Assembly (NCBI RefSeq): GCF_001194135.2
Contig: NC_068988.1
Location: forward strand, 15,885,999 to 15,933,637
DNA: 47,639 bases
Source: Octopus bimaculoides
Taxonomy: Eukaryota
Direction: 5' to 3'
Each line of letters begins with the position of its first letter. The stretch's first letter is position 1. Made by a program: the position numbers and the translations under genes. Below, in pieces: positions 23,320 to 35,403 of the stretch. A model generated the notes under the pieces. The model saw nothing but the letters and a program-made list of their open reading frames with translations, did not search any database and was not told the origin of the DNA.

Positions 23320-24560
23320 GTTCCACAATCGTCAGAAAAAAGCAGAGGAATTTTCTTTCTTGATGACACACGTAAAACATTTGTGACACTACTTCTCTCC
23401 AAAGTAAGGCAAAAACAAAAAAGAAATTGCAGTTGCTGTACCATTGTCTGGCTTTGCTGCCACCATTCTCACATTCTGCTTTTAAATTTCCAGTAAACCT
23501 GACCTCAAGTGACAATCTAATTTGTAACATAAGCAAAGATTCAGGTTCAGCAGAAGTGTTGTACCAATTCCACCTTATCATTTACGATGAATGCACCATG
23601 CCATATGGAGGTGCAATGGAAGCTCTTGGTAACACCTTAAAAGATATCAGAGGCAACAATAAATTTATAGAAGGAGTTACAGTAATTTTATCAGGAAACT
23701 TCAGACAGACATTACCAGTCATTCTGAGACGAACAAGATCTGATGAAATAGAAGCATGTATGGAATAAAGTACTGAAATTCTCCTTCAATACTAACGTGC
23801 CCTGGGGACCAATGTGCAAAACAGTTTTCAACCTGCCTCCTCCAATTAGGAAATTGGAAAGTATCACCTGATGGGAATGATATCAGTTTGGCTCATATTG
23901 CTATCATGATGAATTCCCCAGCTCAATTGAAGAACAAGGTATTGCCAGACTTAAGTAATAATTATAATTCATATAAATGGTTCTTAATCCAAAAAAATGA
24001 AACAGTAGCAAGAATTAACCATGAATTAATGAATAAGATTCCAACAGTCATTAAGAACTACAACTCAGTTGATTCAGTCCTTGATGAAAATCAAGCTGCT
24101 CATTACACAATAGAGTTCCTTAATTCTTTTGAGCCACTTGGATTTCCTCCACATAAACTATTTGTGAGTGTAGGAGTCCCAATAAGGTTTCTAAGAGATT
24201 TAGATCCTCCTAAATTATGCAATGGGATAAGGTTGATTATGATGACATTATCACCTAATATGACAGAAGCTACCATCATCACTGGATGTGCCTCTGGGAA
24301 AGAGGCTTTCGTTCCAAGAATTCCAATCAAACCAACAGACATGTCCTTTGAGTTCAAATGAACATAATTCCCAGTGAAACTTTCCTTTGCAAAGTCAATT
24401 AATACAACTCAAGGTCAGTCTTTGAAAGCTACTGGCTTCATTTTTCTCATGGTCAACTTTGTTGGTTGCTCCAGGATAGGTAGTTTGCAAGACTTATTTG
24501 TCCATGCTCCAAACCAGAAAACAAAGAATGTTGTTTACCCAGAAGTCTTTACATACTTCC
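23320..24560 (+). pseudogene. Helitron RepHel PIF1-like helicase domain relic
   Basis: Successive frames give GIFFLD..KTFVTLLLSKVRQ, HSAFKFP, LIIYDECTM, VILSGNFRQTLPV, PPHKL..VGVPI.FLRDLDPPKLCNG, FVPRIPIKP, FPVKLSFAKSINTTQGQSL and SR....LFV..KTKNVVYPEV, with stops, frameshifts and a decayed Walker A. Confidence 0.92.
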
Positions 24561-24654
24561 TTCAACATATGTGGTAGAATTTATCTCCTTTCATAAAAGT
24601 GATAAATTTTGCATTTTCGTTTATTATTATTACTTTTTTTATTGTTATTTTCCC

Positions 24655-24815
24655 AAGGAGTGGCTGTGTGGTAAGTAGCTTGCTAACTAGCCACATGGTT
24701 CCAGGTTCAGTCCCACTGCGTGGCACCTTGGGCAAGTGTCTTCTACAAAAGTCTCGGGCAGACCAAACCCTTGTGAGTGGATTTGGTAGACGGAAACTGA
24801 AAGAACCCGGTCGAA
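24655..24815 (+). mobile_element. Family B SINE 5' module
   Basis: Close match to 3553-3718. Confidence 0.85.
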
Positions 24816-24861
24816 TATATATATATATTTCCTTTGAGAACAATTCGGTCTTTGTAGACGC

Positions 24862-24901
<40 letters not shown>

Positions 24902-25599
24902 CACATAATTATATATATATATATNNNNNNNNNNNNNNNNNNNNNNNNNNNNNNNNNNNNNNNNNNNNNNNNNNNNNNNNNNNNNNNNNNNNNNNNNNNN
25001 NNNNNNNNNNNNNNNNNNNNNNNNNNNNNNNNNNNNNNNNNNNNNNNNNNNNNNNNNNNNNNNNNNNNNNNNNNNNNNNNNNNNNNNNNNNNNNNNNNNN
25101 NNNNNNNNNNNNNNNNNNNNNNNNNNNNNNNNNNNNNNNNNNNNNNNNNNNNNNNNNNNNNNNNNNNNNNNNNNNNNNNNNNNNNNNNNNNNNNNNNNNN
25201 NNNNNNNNNNNNNNNNNNNNNNNNNNNNNNNNNNNNNNNNNNNNNNNNNNNNNNNNNNNNNNNNNNNNNNNNNNNNNNNNNNNNNNNNNNNNNNNNNNNN
25301 NNNNNNNNNNNNNNNNNNNNNNNNNNNNNNNNNNNNNNNATATAATGTTTTGTTTAAAAGAGTTCCAACTCTGTCTGTTTTTTATGTTTTATTTATATTC
25401 TTGTAAAATTAATGTGGGATATAGAATATGGAATATACAATATATAATATAAAAATGGATGGTACAATGAAATAAAGTATTGAATGTCTTATTGAATATA
25501 TGGAATATGTCTTATTGAATAGATGAAATATTGAGTGTTCAATATAAAGGATTAAATATATAAAGGCGAATACGTATTTTCTATACCTTGCGGTATTTC

Positions 25600-25945
25600 A
25601 TCATGGCCGGTATGACAGACACATGTATGATATAATGATTTGGGATAGAGAAGAGAAACTGTGTACAATTGTGGAAATCTGCTGCCCAGTGAATGTTAAC
25701 ATAAACAGCGAAAAAGGGAATATTTACACTGAACTATTGAGAAATCTGCAGTTCATCTACCCACACCAGAAGTTCAGGTTTATATCTGTAATTATTGGAG
25801 TGCTGGGGTACATAACACACTGTCTAAATACCAATCATGAGAAATTAGGCTTTTCAAAACAAAAAAGAATAAAGCTGATTCGAAGACTACAGATCCAAGC
25901 CACCACTGGAACTGTTATAATCAGTAAAACTTGCCAGTAGTTTAT
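25600..25945 (+). pseudogene. RLE-endonuclease C-terminal fragment of an R4/Dong-like LINE
   Basis: DIMIWDREEKLCTIVEICCP..KGNIYTELLRNL..VIIGVLGYI..LIRRLQIQATTGTVII matches the PD..D/E...P..KY..L..V.IGALG pattern. Confidence 0.7.
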
Positions 25946-26935
25946 CATTAAGTATATAGGAACATGTCTAGATATGCAATTATATACATGAAAATACATA
26001 CAAGAAACCAAACATACAAATCTGCACGTATATATACATATAAACATACAAAAATACTCTGTTGATGTTGTTGAAGTTCCAATGAAGAAGTTGTGGATCT
26101 AGGTTAGAAACCGGCTCTTTCTCTATTGGCGAGAAATCTTGAAATAAAACTGAATAAAAATATAGATGTATGCATGCATGCATACATACGTATATATGTA
26201 TGCGTATGTATTTATGAATATACATACATATATATGTATATATATATATATGTATATATATGTATATATNNNNNNNNNNNNNNNNNNNNNNNNNNNNNNN
26301 NNNNNNNNNNNNNNNNNNNNNNNNNNNNNNNNNNNNNNNNNNNNNNNNNNNNNNNNNNNNNNNNNNNNNNNNNNNNNNNNNNNNNNNNNNNNNNNNNNNN
26401 NNNNNNNNNNNNNNNNNNNNNNNNNNNNNNNNNNNNNNNNNNNNNNNNNNNNNNNNNNNNNNNNNNNNNNNNNNNNNNNNNNNNNNNNNNNNNNNNNNNN
26501 NNNNNNNNNNNNNNNNNNNNNNNNNNNNNNNNNNNNNNNNNNNNNNNNNNNNNNNNNNNNNNNNNNNNNNNNNNNNNNNNNNNNNNNNNNNNNNNNNNNN
26601 NNNNNNNNNNNNNNNNNNNNNNNNNNNNNNNNNNNNNNNNNNNNNNNNNNNNNNNNNNNNNNNNNNNNNNNNNNNNNNNNNNNNNNNNNNNNNNATATAT
26701 ATATATATATATACACATATATATGAATGCATATGTATTTATAAATATATATGTGTGTGTATGTATGTATATAAGCACGCACACATATACACATGCATAC
26801 ACATACACATAAATGATAAGTTAGTTTACTACATTAACAAATTTTGGCTTCTGTAACTTTTGAAGCCGAATGACCTTTTACCATAGCAAATAGTCAAGTG
26901 CATTGGAACCTTTCCCACTTTTCATTTCTGTTCAG

Positions 26936-26999
26936 CGGATACTGGAGATCTTTTCAAGCAAATTTGCACAGCTGTTGGTGTTCGTGAACATCGCATAAA
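26936..26999 (+). CDS. Candidate isolated 64-nt exon (DTGDLFKQICTAVGVREHRI)
   Basis: Strong polypyrimidine tract plus CAG, one open frame, weak GTAGGA donor. Loose likeness to FERM F1 helices by eye only. Confidence 0.25.
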
Positions 27000-27505
27000 G
27001 TAGGATACTTATTTCAAAAAGGCTATAACCTCCACCCTCACCTTTCCCCTCTTTCACCCATTTCCAATCACCTTCCTTCACTTCGATCATTTCTCGAACG
27101 TTTCATTTGATTCTGATGAAAATGTAGTATGTCGTTTCTGTCTTGTCATATTTAGTTTCCAAATTAGATGTGATTACTTTACTTCCATGTATATTATGGA
27201 TGGTCATTTTTAAGAACACGTATTGGGAAACTCTGAAAATCGTTCTTTGTTTGTCATCTGAGGTATTATCTATGATTCTGTTGTAACTCTATCTAGAATG
27301 ACTTTTCCCCTGCCCAGGATACACATTCGTCAAATAACACGTAATATAGGTACTTACATTAAGATATAGGCACATATACACACATTCCAACACTATCATA
27401 CACACACACTGACGCACACACATTCACTCACACTGCTACTGACAGCCAATACGTTAACATTTATTTTATATTGTGTTCACACTATTTATATGTATATGTA
27501 TAGGT

Positions 27506-27537
<32 letters not shown>

Positions 27538-27861
27538 NNNNNNNNNNNNNNNNNNNNNNNNNNNNNNNNNNNNNNNNNNNNNNNNNNNNNNNNNNNNNNN
27601 NNNNNNNNNNNNNNNNNNNNNNNNNNNNNNNNNNNNNNNNNNNNNNNNNNNNNNNNNNNNNNNNNNNNNNNNNNNNNNNNNNNNNNNNNNNNNNNNNNNN
27701 NNNNNNNNNNNNNNNNNNNNNNNNNNNNNNNNNNNNNNNNNNNNNNNNNNNNNNNNNNNNNNNNNNNNNNNATATATATATATATGTATATAGATATATA
27801 TAAATATATATATTCATATATATATGTATATACATATATATATATGTATATATATGTGTAT

Positions 27862-27917
<56 letters not shown>

Positions 27918-29302
27918 ATGTATGTATATGTACATATCTATCAATCTATCTATCTATATGTGTGTGTGTGTTTATGTGTATATATACACATATATATGTG
28001 TGCGTTTGTGGTGTGTGTGTTTGTGTGTAGTATAATATAAAATACAGATAAGCATACATACAATTATATTCATACAGATTGAGTTGCCAAAATGAAATTC
28101 AATAAATATTGACCAATGACCCAATCTATTACCTTCTCCTTACCACATAAATTTCATTTAATTTTTCCTTTCACTATGCGAAAAAGACCTTAATTTAACT
28201 ATTGCTTTTCGTGCACATGGGTCGATAATGTCCTCACTTATGACGATTTTCGTCGCTTACTTCTGTATGTTGTTGTACATCAACATAGTAACTCTTTTAT
28301 CACTAACCTGGCAAGTACGGAGAAGGCTATACTTAACTGAAGAGGACCAATATTACCAAAGCACTCTGAGTTGTCGTTCGTACCAACCAAGGTTGAATTA
28401 ATATTAGTCACTCAGCTAATGTACAAACCAGGAAAGTTTTTAATGTAATAAAAGGTTACTGCAATGCTGATTTAAATTACCGATGTTATGAAAGTCTACT
28501 ACAATACTTATTCAAAATACTGATTTAAATTACTAGTTCCCTAGGGTAACCGAAGAATATGGGGTATCTTATCTCATGAGAAGACAATCACCCCTGAATC
28601 ATATCTCTAAAAGGATTCCGAATTATTTTTCTGGTTAATTAAGAAAGCAAGTAAATGTTTTCTCATCGTACACAATCTTCACAGCTAAGGCTTTAAAATT
28701 AATAATTGTAGTTTTCTTTACACTCTATATGTTACTGATATTCTGAATGATGATGCGTTCTATATAAATATATATTATTGAATTCAGGTGTTAATCTCAC
28801 AATATTGATAAGCAGCTGCTGTCGCGTGTAATTTCTTTGGTATACAGAAAAATAGTGGTACATCTCTGATGTAGGACATTATCGTGAAACAGATTTGCAT
28901 AGGATTCCCAGTTTATTGTCTATTTACTAAAGAGAACTATACGATCTTTTCATGTCATCTGCAATCTCTACAGCTTAGGCTGATTCATATTATACATGCT
29001 TCAGGTATCACGGTTTATGTTATGTTCTATATAGGTAGATACGGTTTTATTAGTGTTTTCTATTCCCTAAAACAAAATATGATGTCCCTGACTAGACGAT
29101 ATTCATTCATTTAAATACGAATGATACATCGTGTACTCAATAAACCGTCAAATGCAACTTTATTCATCCAATTCTCTGCATTACTGAATTGCTCTTATTC
29201 TGAAGGTATTAATCGATAGCAAGTGGGACAAAATGCTTAGCGGCATTTCGTTCTCGGGGATATTCAGCGTGACACAGTGTGACAAGGCTGACCCTTTGAA
29301 TT

Positions 29303-29476
29303 AGAAGAAGAAGAAGAAGAAGAAGAAGAAGAAGAAGAAGAAGAAGAAGAAGAAGAAGAAGAAGAAGAAGACGAAGAGGAGGAAGAAGAAGAAGAAGAAG
29401 AAGAAGAAGAAGAAGAAGAAGAAGAAGAAGAAGAAGAAGAAGAAGAAGAAGAAGAAGAAGAAGAAGAAGAAGAAGA
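29303..29476. repeat. (GAA)n microsatellite
   Basis: Direct reading. Confidence 0.97.
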
Positions 29477-30356
29477 ATAGATCCATAGTACACTGTGAAT
29501 GTCCAGACTCCATCTTGAAATCATTTGAAAAAATCAGCACAGAATGGACTAGATTGTCCAATTCAGCCTCACATTTTAGCAACTGGTTAAGCTTTCCTTT
29601 AACACTTCCCAGTTCATATCCCAACTTTGTTTTCCACAGTATTTTTCAACTTTGTTTTCCGCAGTATTCCCATCACAAAGATCAGTGGGGATACACTTCT
29701 CCCATGGAAGATTCCTCTCCTAATTTTCACTTCTAACATCCGATTCCCTGCAGTCAATTCAGTTCTCTATTTCATACTGTTCCATATGAGGCTTCTCTTG
29801 TTTTCTGTTAGTCCATACATGTCCATTGTTCTTGTTATCCAAGAGTGTGTTACCATATCATATACTTTATGAGAGTCAATCCATGTCATGCTCAAATTTG
29901 TATACTTTCTCTTGAAGTTTCTGATGATCACATGTCAATTAATAACTAATCTTTCATTTCCCGGAATCCTCTTTCGACATCCTTTCTGCCCAACCGGTAG
30001 CAGCCCACTTCTTTCTAGGTATCCATACAGTTCACCGGTAAGAACATTTGACAATAGTTTCCACATTAGCGAAAGAAACGTTATTGGTCAAAAGCTGGAT
30101 ACAGTGCTACCCTTTTCAAGTTCATTGACAGAAAAATATGTTTCCCTTAGTCATCGGCTGGGTACTGCAAGCGCTTATCCAGCTGTTCAGCAATATCGTG
30201 GAGCCTTTTCAACTTCTTCATCCAATAATCTCGGACACCATCAGGCCCTGGGCTCTTCCAGCTTGGAATTTTACTTATCTGTCTTTCTATATATATATGT
30301 ATTTATTTATTTATTTATTTATTTTTTTGTTTTTAATGTAATTATTACAATTGCAG

Positions 30357-30741
30357 TTCGAGGCGCAATGACCCAGTGGCTAGGGCAGCGGACTCGCGAT
30401 CATAGGATCGCGGTTTCGATTCCCAGACCGGGTGTTGTGAGTGTTTATTGAGCGAAAGCATCTAAAGCTCCACGAGGCTCCGGCAGGGGATGGTGGCGAA
30501 CCCTGCTGTACTCTTTCACCACAACTTTCTCTCACTCTTACTTCCTGTTTCTGTTGTGCCTGTAATTCAAAGGCTCAGCCTTGTCACACTGTGTCACGCT
30601 GAATATCCTCGAGAACTACGTTAAGGGTACACGTGTCTGTGGAGTGCTCAGCCACTTGCACGTTAATTTCATGAGCATGCTGTTCCGTTGATCCGATCTA
30701 CTGGAACCCTCGACGTTGTAAGCGACGGAATGCCAACAACA
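30357..30741 (+). mobile_element. Full-length family A SINE
   Basis: Near-identical to 17947-18341; 10-bp TSD ACAATTGCAG at 30347-30356 and 30742-30751. Confidence 0.92.
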
Positions 30742-31067
30742 ACAATTGCAGCGTGGAAGGTGTTTATAAGCCATTTAAAATAACACACAAAAACTGTTAG
30801 ATTCACTTCAACATTTAAATTTAATATGTCAAAATATTTTCGTCACAGAATTTTGCACAGATGCAGCACAGAATTTTGTCGGTGAACAGGTCGCGGTCTC
30901 AAAGTGACGAAAATATTTTGACAAATTAAATTTAAATGTTGAAATGAATCTAACAGTTTTTGTGTGTGATTTTAAATGGCTTATAAACACCTTCCACGCT
31001 GCAATTGTTTTCGTTCCAGCACACGATCTCAGATCAGGTCACTTGGTATGCAAGTACATCTCCGTAA
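30742..31067. mobile_element. Fold-back element with 105-bp inverted arms and a 59-bp unpaired extension
   Basis: 30742-30846 vs 30904-31008 differ at 3 positions; the whole insert is flanked by AATGTAATTATT at 30335-30346 and 31068-31079. Confidence 0.8.
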
Positions 31068-31941
31068 AATGTAATTATTCTTATGTTGTATTGAAATTGT
31101 AATTTTCTTAACCCATCTTGGATTTCATGCAGTCACTCCACTTTATCATTATGCTCAAAAGGTTGATCAGAGATTTCCCTACAAGAGATACAGATTTTGT
31201 CTACATCAGGTGCTAATGTTAGGTGCAATTGTCCATCTGTTTCCTCAAACAGTTTTTTTCTTGTGATTGTCTTCAAACAATCAGTTCGGCCTGAATTGTT
31301 TTGTTCTATTGCTATATCTTCCCAATTTTACCTTGATTATGCTACTGCTCCTTGTTTCAGTTCTTCCAAAATTACATCATATCCTTTATCTTTTATTCTA
31401 ACTTTCTTTTATTCTTACGCTTTGGCTTTGCAATTTTCCCATTTTTAATCTATCAACTTGCTCCAAATGTCTTTTCAACTTCTCATAAATTCTTCTACGC
31501 CAATCTGGCTCTCTATGTATTGTTTGTTCTCTTCTTTTGTATCCAACTATTTCCACTGTAACCTTTGGTGCAATCCTGATTTTGTTGGTTTCAGTTATAA
31601 TTCCGTCTGAAATAATCCAAGAACAGAATCCATTTTTCTGGTTTCTGCTTTTAGCTTGAGTGTTTGCTGCTGTTGTTGTTTATTGATTATTATTATTCTT
31701 ATTCTTCTAATTTTTACTTTTAATCTGCATCTTTGTTACAGTCGCTTGCCGAGACACACCAGCGTCCTGGGGTGAGTGAAGGATGCAAGATGTTACAATA
31801 TGACTGAAAGCTTGGGGAGAGGAGGTAGTGAAATATTTTCATGTAATAAAACACAGACATTTAAATGGATAGGGTTTTTTCTAAGGATGTGGGCAGTACA
31901 TGGTTCTTCTGGGATCTTATCTAGATGTTTCTGACATCCCT

Positions 31942-31944
<3 letters not shown>

Positions 31945-31994
<50 letters not shown>

Positions 31995-32122
31995 CATCAT
32001 CATCATCATCAATATTATTATTATTATTAATATTATTATTATTATTATTGAGTGATAGAGCTGTACATGCCATCAAAGTGACACTGGGGTAAAATATACG
32101 AAGCCTAGTATACCCATTATTA

Positions 32123-32180
<58 letters not shown>

Positions 32181-32513
32181 TATTATTGTTGTTGTTGTTT
32201 TTGTTGTTGTTGCTGTTGTTGTTGTTATTATTATTATTATTATTATTATCATTATTAAGGTAACTTTTTGTCAAAGGTCTCGCAGGGTCTCTTTCCACCG
32301 CAATACTTAACACCCAAGCACCAGTCCCCCAATAAAGCAACTGTCCGAGCATATTCTATCCTCACTTCGCTATCAACGTCTCTACCAAATTTCTCAAACC
32401 TCGTTTTTAATGCTCTCAGTGCCCTCACAACTTCTGGGACGGTAGTTATTCTCTCCATTGCTCATATTCATACAATTTCATCTTTTAGTAGCTTTTAAAT
32501 TTCAGTCTTTATT

Positions 32514-32590
<77 letters not shown>

Positions 32591-32634
32591 CATCATTACT
32601 ATTATTATCATTATTATTATTATCATCATCATCA

Positions 32635-32683
<49 letters not shown>

Positions 32684-32764
32684 CATCATCATCATTATTT
32701 TTATCATTATTATTATCATTATTATTATTATTATCATTATTATAATTATCATCATCATTATTAC

Positions 32765-32818
<54 letters not shown>

Positions 32819-32830
32819 TATTATTATCAT
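31945..32830. repeat. Cluster of (ATT)n/(ATC)n/(GTT)n tracts with two unique islands
   Basis: Direct reading; islands at ~32048-32110 and 32256-32510. Confidence 0.95.
32256..32460 (-). pseudogene. 3'-terminal stub of an R4/Dong-like LINE with (TAA)n tail
   Basis: ITTVPEVVRALRAL..VRIEYARTVALLG resembles the V.P.VIGALG..LQK.ALLG terminus, and runs directly into (AAT)n on the minus strand. Confidence 0.55.
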
Positions 32831-33420
32831 AAAAGATGTAATAAAAAACAAGTGAAATAGCTTTGTTCCATGAGAACTGTTTCAACAGTTGCCATTTGAC
32901 CCATCCTAGAAAACACTGCTGCTCAGCGAATCGTTAATACATGCACTCGTACAGCCTGCAGCAATAATATTGACAACACGAACAATGGAAACAATAACAT
33001 CATCATCATCAACAACAACAACATTAGTAATCACTTCAACAACAACAACAACAACAAAAACAACAACAATAATAGTGACGACAACAAAGTGGATAAAAAA
33101 AGAAAGAAAACGAATAAAAATAGTCTTTCATGTGAACTAAAATGGTCAATTCTATTTGATGGATCTCTTCAAAAAACCACAGATCAATGTGGCATTAATC
33201 AATAATAGATGCCATCACACACCTTACAGCAAATAATATGCTGTTGTAGTTGCACAACAGTGCAGGGTCAATATGCGACCAGACATGTTATGAAATGAAT
33301 AAAGTCTGAATTTAGAAAGAATCGTTTCGTCATATTAATATTTCACAAAATTGTTGTGGAAATGTAAAAGGAGTGGGGATAGGGGTAGAGGCAAGACAAA
33401 AGAAGGAAATCGAGAAATTG

Positions 33421-33421
33421 G

Positions 33422-33486
<65 letters not shown>

Positions 33487-33548
33487 NNNNNNNNNNGAGA
33501 CAATAAAATTATGAAATTATGAAATTAAAGAATATCTATCTGTCTGCC

Positions 33549-33597
<49 letters not shown>

Positions 33598-33601
33598 ATC
33601 C

Positions 33602-33653
<52 letters not shown>

Positions 33654-33670
33654 GTCTGTCTGTCTATCTA
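33421..33670. repeat. (GA)n, (CTGT)n and (CTAT)n microsatellites
   Basis: Direct reading. Confidence 0.95.
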
Positions 33671-33957
33671 AATGTATATATTTATGCATATTAATGATTG
33701 TTTTTATGTTCAGTTATAATAAAAACAATTTTACATTAATCTGATGGGTTACTCTATTCTTTTGTAGGGTACAAATAAGTTATTCTTATACAAGAATGTT
33801 GCTGACAGTAACTTCGAAGTTTCGGCCTGTCCGAATATGGCTTAACTCGCCAAAACTTTGAAGTCACTGTCGGCGATTAAATTAGCTCCCGGCAAGCTCA
33901 CAAGCTTGGTAATTTGGTAAGAAATTTCAAAAAGATGCATTATCTTTTTTTTTTTTA

Positions 33958-34243
33958 ACTTTTACTTGTTTCAGCTATTTTGACTGCGACCAAGCTGGAT
34001 CACCGTCTTGAAGGATTTTAGTCAAACAAATCGACCTCAGGACTTACATTTTAAAACCGAGTACTTATTCTATCGGACGCTTTTGCCGAGCCCCCAAGTT
34101 ACTGGGACGTAAACACACCAGTACCGGTTGTCAAGTCATCGCGGGGGAAATCATGGACACAAGGACACACACACGCATAGGTATATGAAAACACAGATAC
34201 ACACACATACACACATGCACACATATACACACGCGCATACACT

Positions 34244-34284
<41 letters not shown>

Positions 34285-34670
34285 TCGCCATGAAAAATCG
34301 CTAGCCATTACACATTCTTTTTTTCTCTCCTTGTTTCTTTCTGTGTTCCTTTTTGTGGAAGAGCGTAGGTTCGAAACGTTAAAGACTTTTTCACTTCCTG
34401 AGCGTTATACTAATGTATCTGTTTGTTTTCTACACCACCTGTCTTCGTCTTTTGTTTTTTATGTGAATTCTCCCCCCACCAATATATATATATATATATA
34501 TATATACACTACAGGCTGCTCTCAGTTTCTTTCTACCAAATCCATTCCCAAGGCTTTAGTTGGCCAAGGCTATAGAAGAAGACACTTGTCCAAAGTGTCA
34601 CACAGTAGGACTGAACCCGGAATCCTGTGGATGGGAAACAAGCTTCTTACCATATAGCCACATCTACACC
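33958..34670 (-). mobile_element. Family B SINE with a ~220-bp insert in its internal microsatellite
   Basis: B 3' module at 33958-34200, B 5' module at 34510-34670, unrelated sequence at 34263-34481 between (TA)n tracts. Confidence 0.78.
34263..34481 (+). mobile_element. Probable Penelope-like pseudo-LTR relic carrying a degenerate minimal hammerhead motif
   Basis: Type I hammerhead topology at 34349-34384; PLE identity is inferred from that motif only. Confidence 0.45.
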
Positions 34671-35354
34671 TAATTAATGCAGCTGAAAGTCATTAACAGG
34701 GGTGTGAAGTATGTACTTCACAAATCCCTATGTGTCTATATGACTCGAAAAGGAGCTTTATCCCTGCCTTGTTTTCAACTTTCAGAAAATTGATATTATA
34801 TAGTGAATTTTTTTATAAATATCTTTCAGATAGTGCATATTACGATTATAAAGGAATTTACTTTGTAAAAATTTCGGAAGGGTTGAGAAGATGAGTTTCG
34901 TATAATTCACATGAGTCAAATTTGTTTCCTCAAAACTTTCAGGAATATGGATATTTTTGAATAAAGTTTTCTTCAAATACCTTTCTGATGGCAGCGATTA
35001 AGATTGCGATTATATCGAATTTAATATGAGAAAGAAAAAAAATCTGAGCGTCGCTCATTTTCTTATAGCCCTATTCTATGTCGTGCCACTGGGAGGAGAA
35101 GCTATCCTATCTGAAAACTAAATGCAGTTCTGAGAGCCCTGAGTCAGTTTGACACACAAACACATTTAAAATGGTGGTTGTAGCAGTCACATGAATCAAA
35201 TTTGTTTGCTCATAACATTCAGAAAAATGAATATTCTCTTATGAAATTTTCTTTAAATGCCTTTCATATGATGCAGATTAGGATTACGATTATATCGAAT
35301 TTAATATGAAAGAGAGAGAGAAAAAAGATACAAATAGAAAATTGGTGGTTGTGC

Positions 35355-35403
<49 letters not shown>

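Larger units (their letters stand above)
29480..31640 (-). pseudogene. Decayed R4/Dong-clade LINE ORF including RT domain, interrupted at 30347-31067
   Basis: Minus-strand frames give EPDWRRRIYEKLKR, VILEELKQ, LFEDNHK, HNDKVE*L, KIPSWKSPGPDG, PITFLSLMWKLL, QKGCRK, WIDSHKVYDMVTHSWI, RRGIFHGRSVSPLIFV and AELDNLVHSVLIFSNDFKME. The catalytic DD region appears deleted. Confidence 0.88.
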
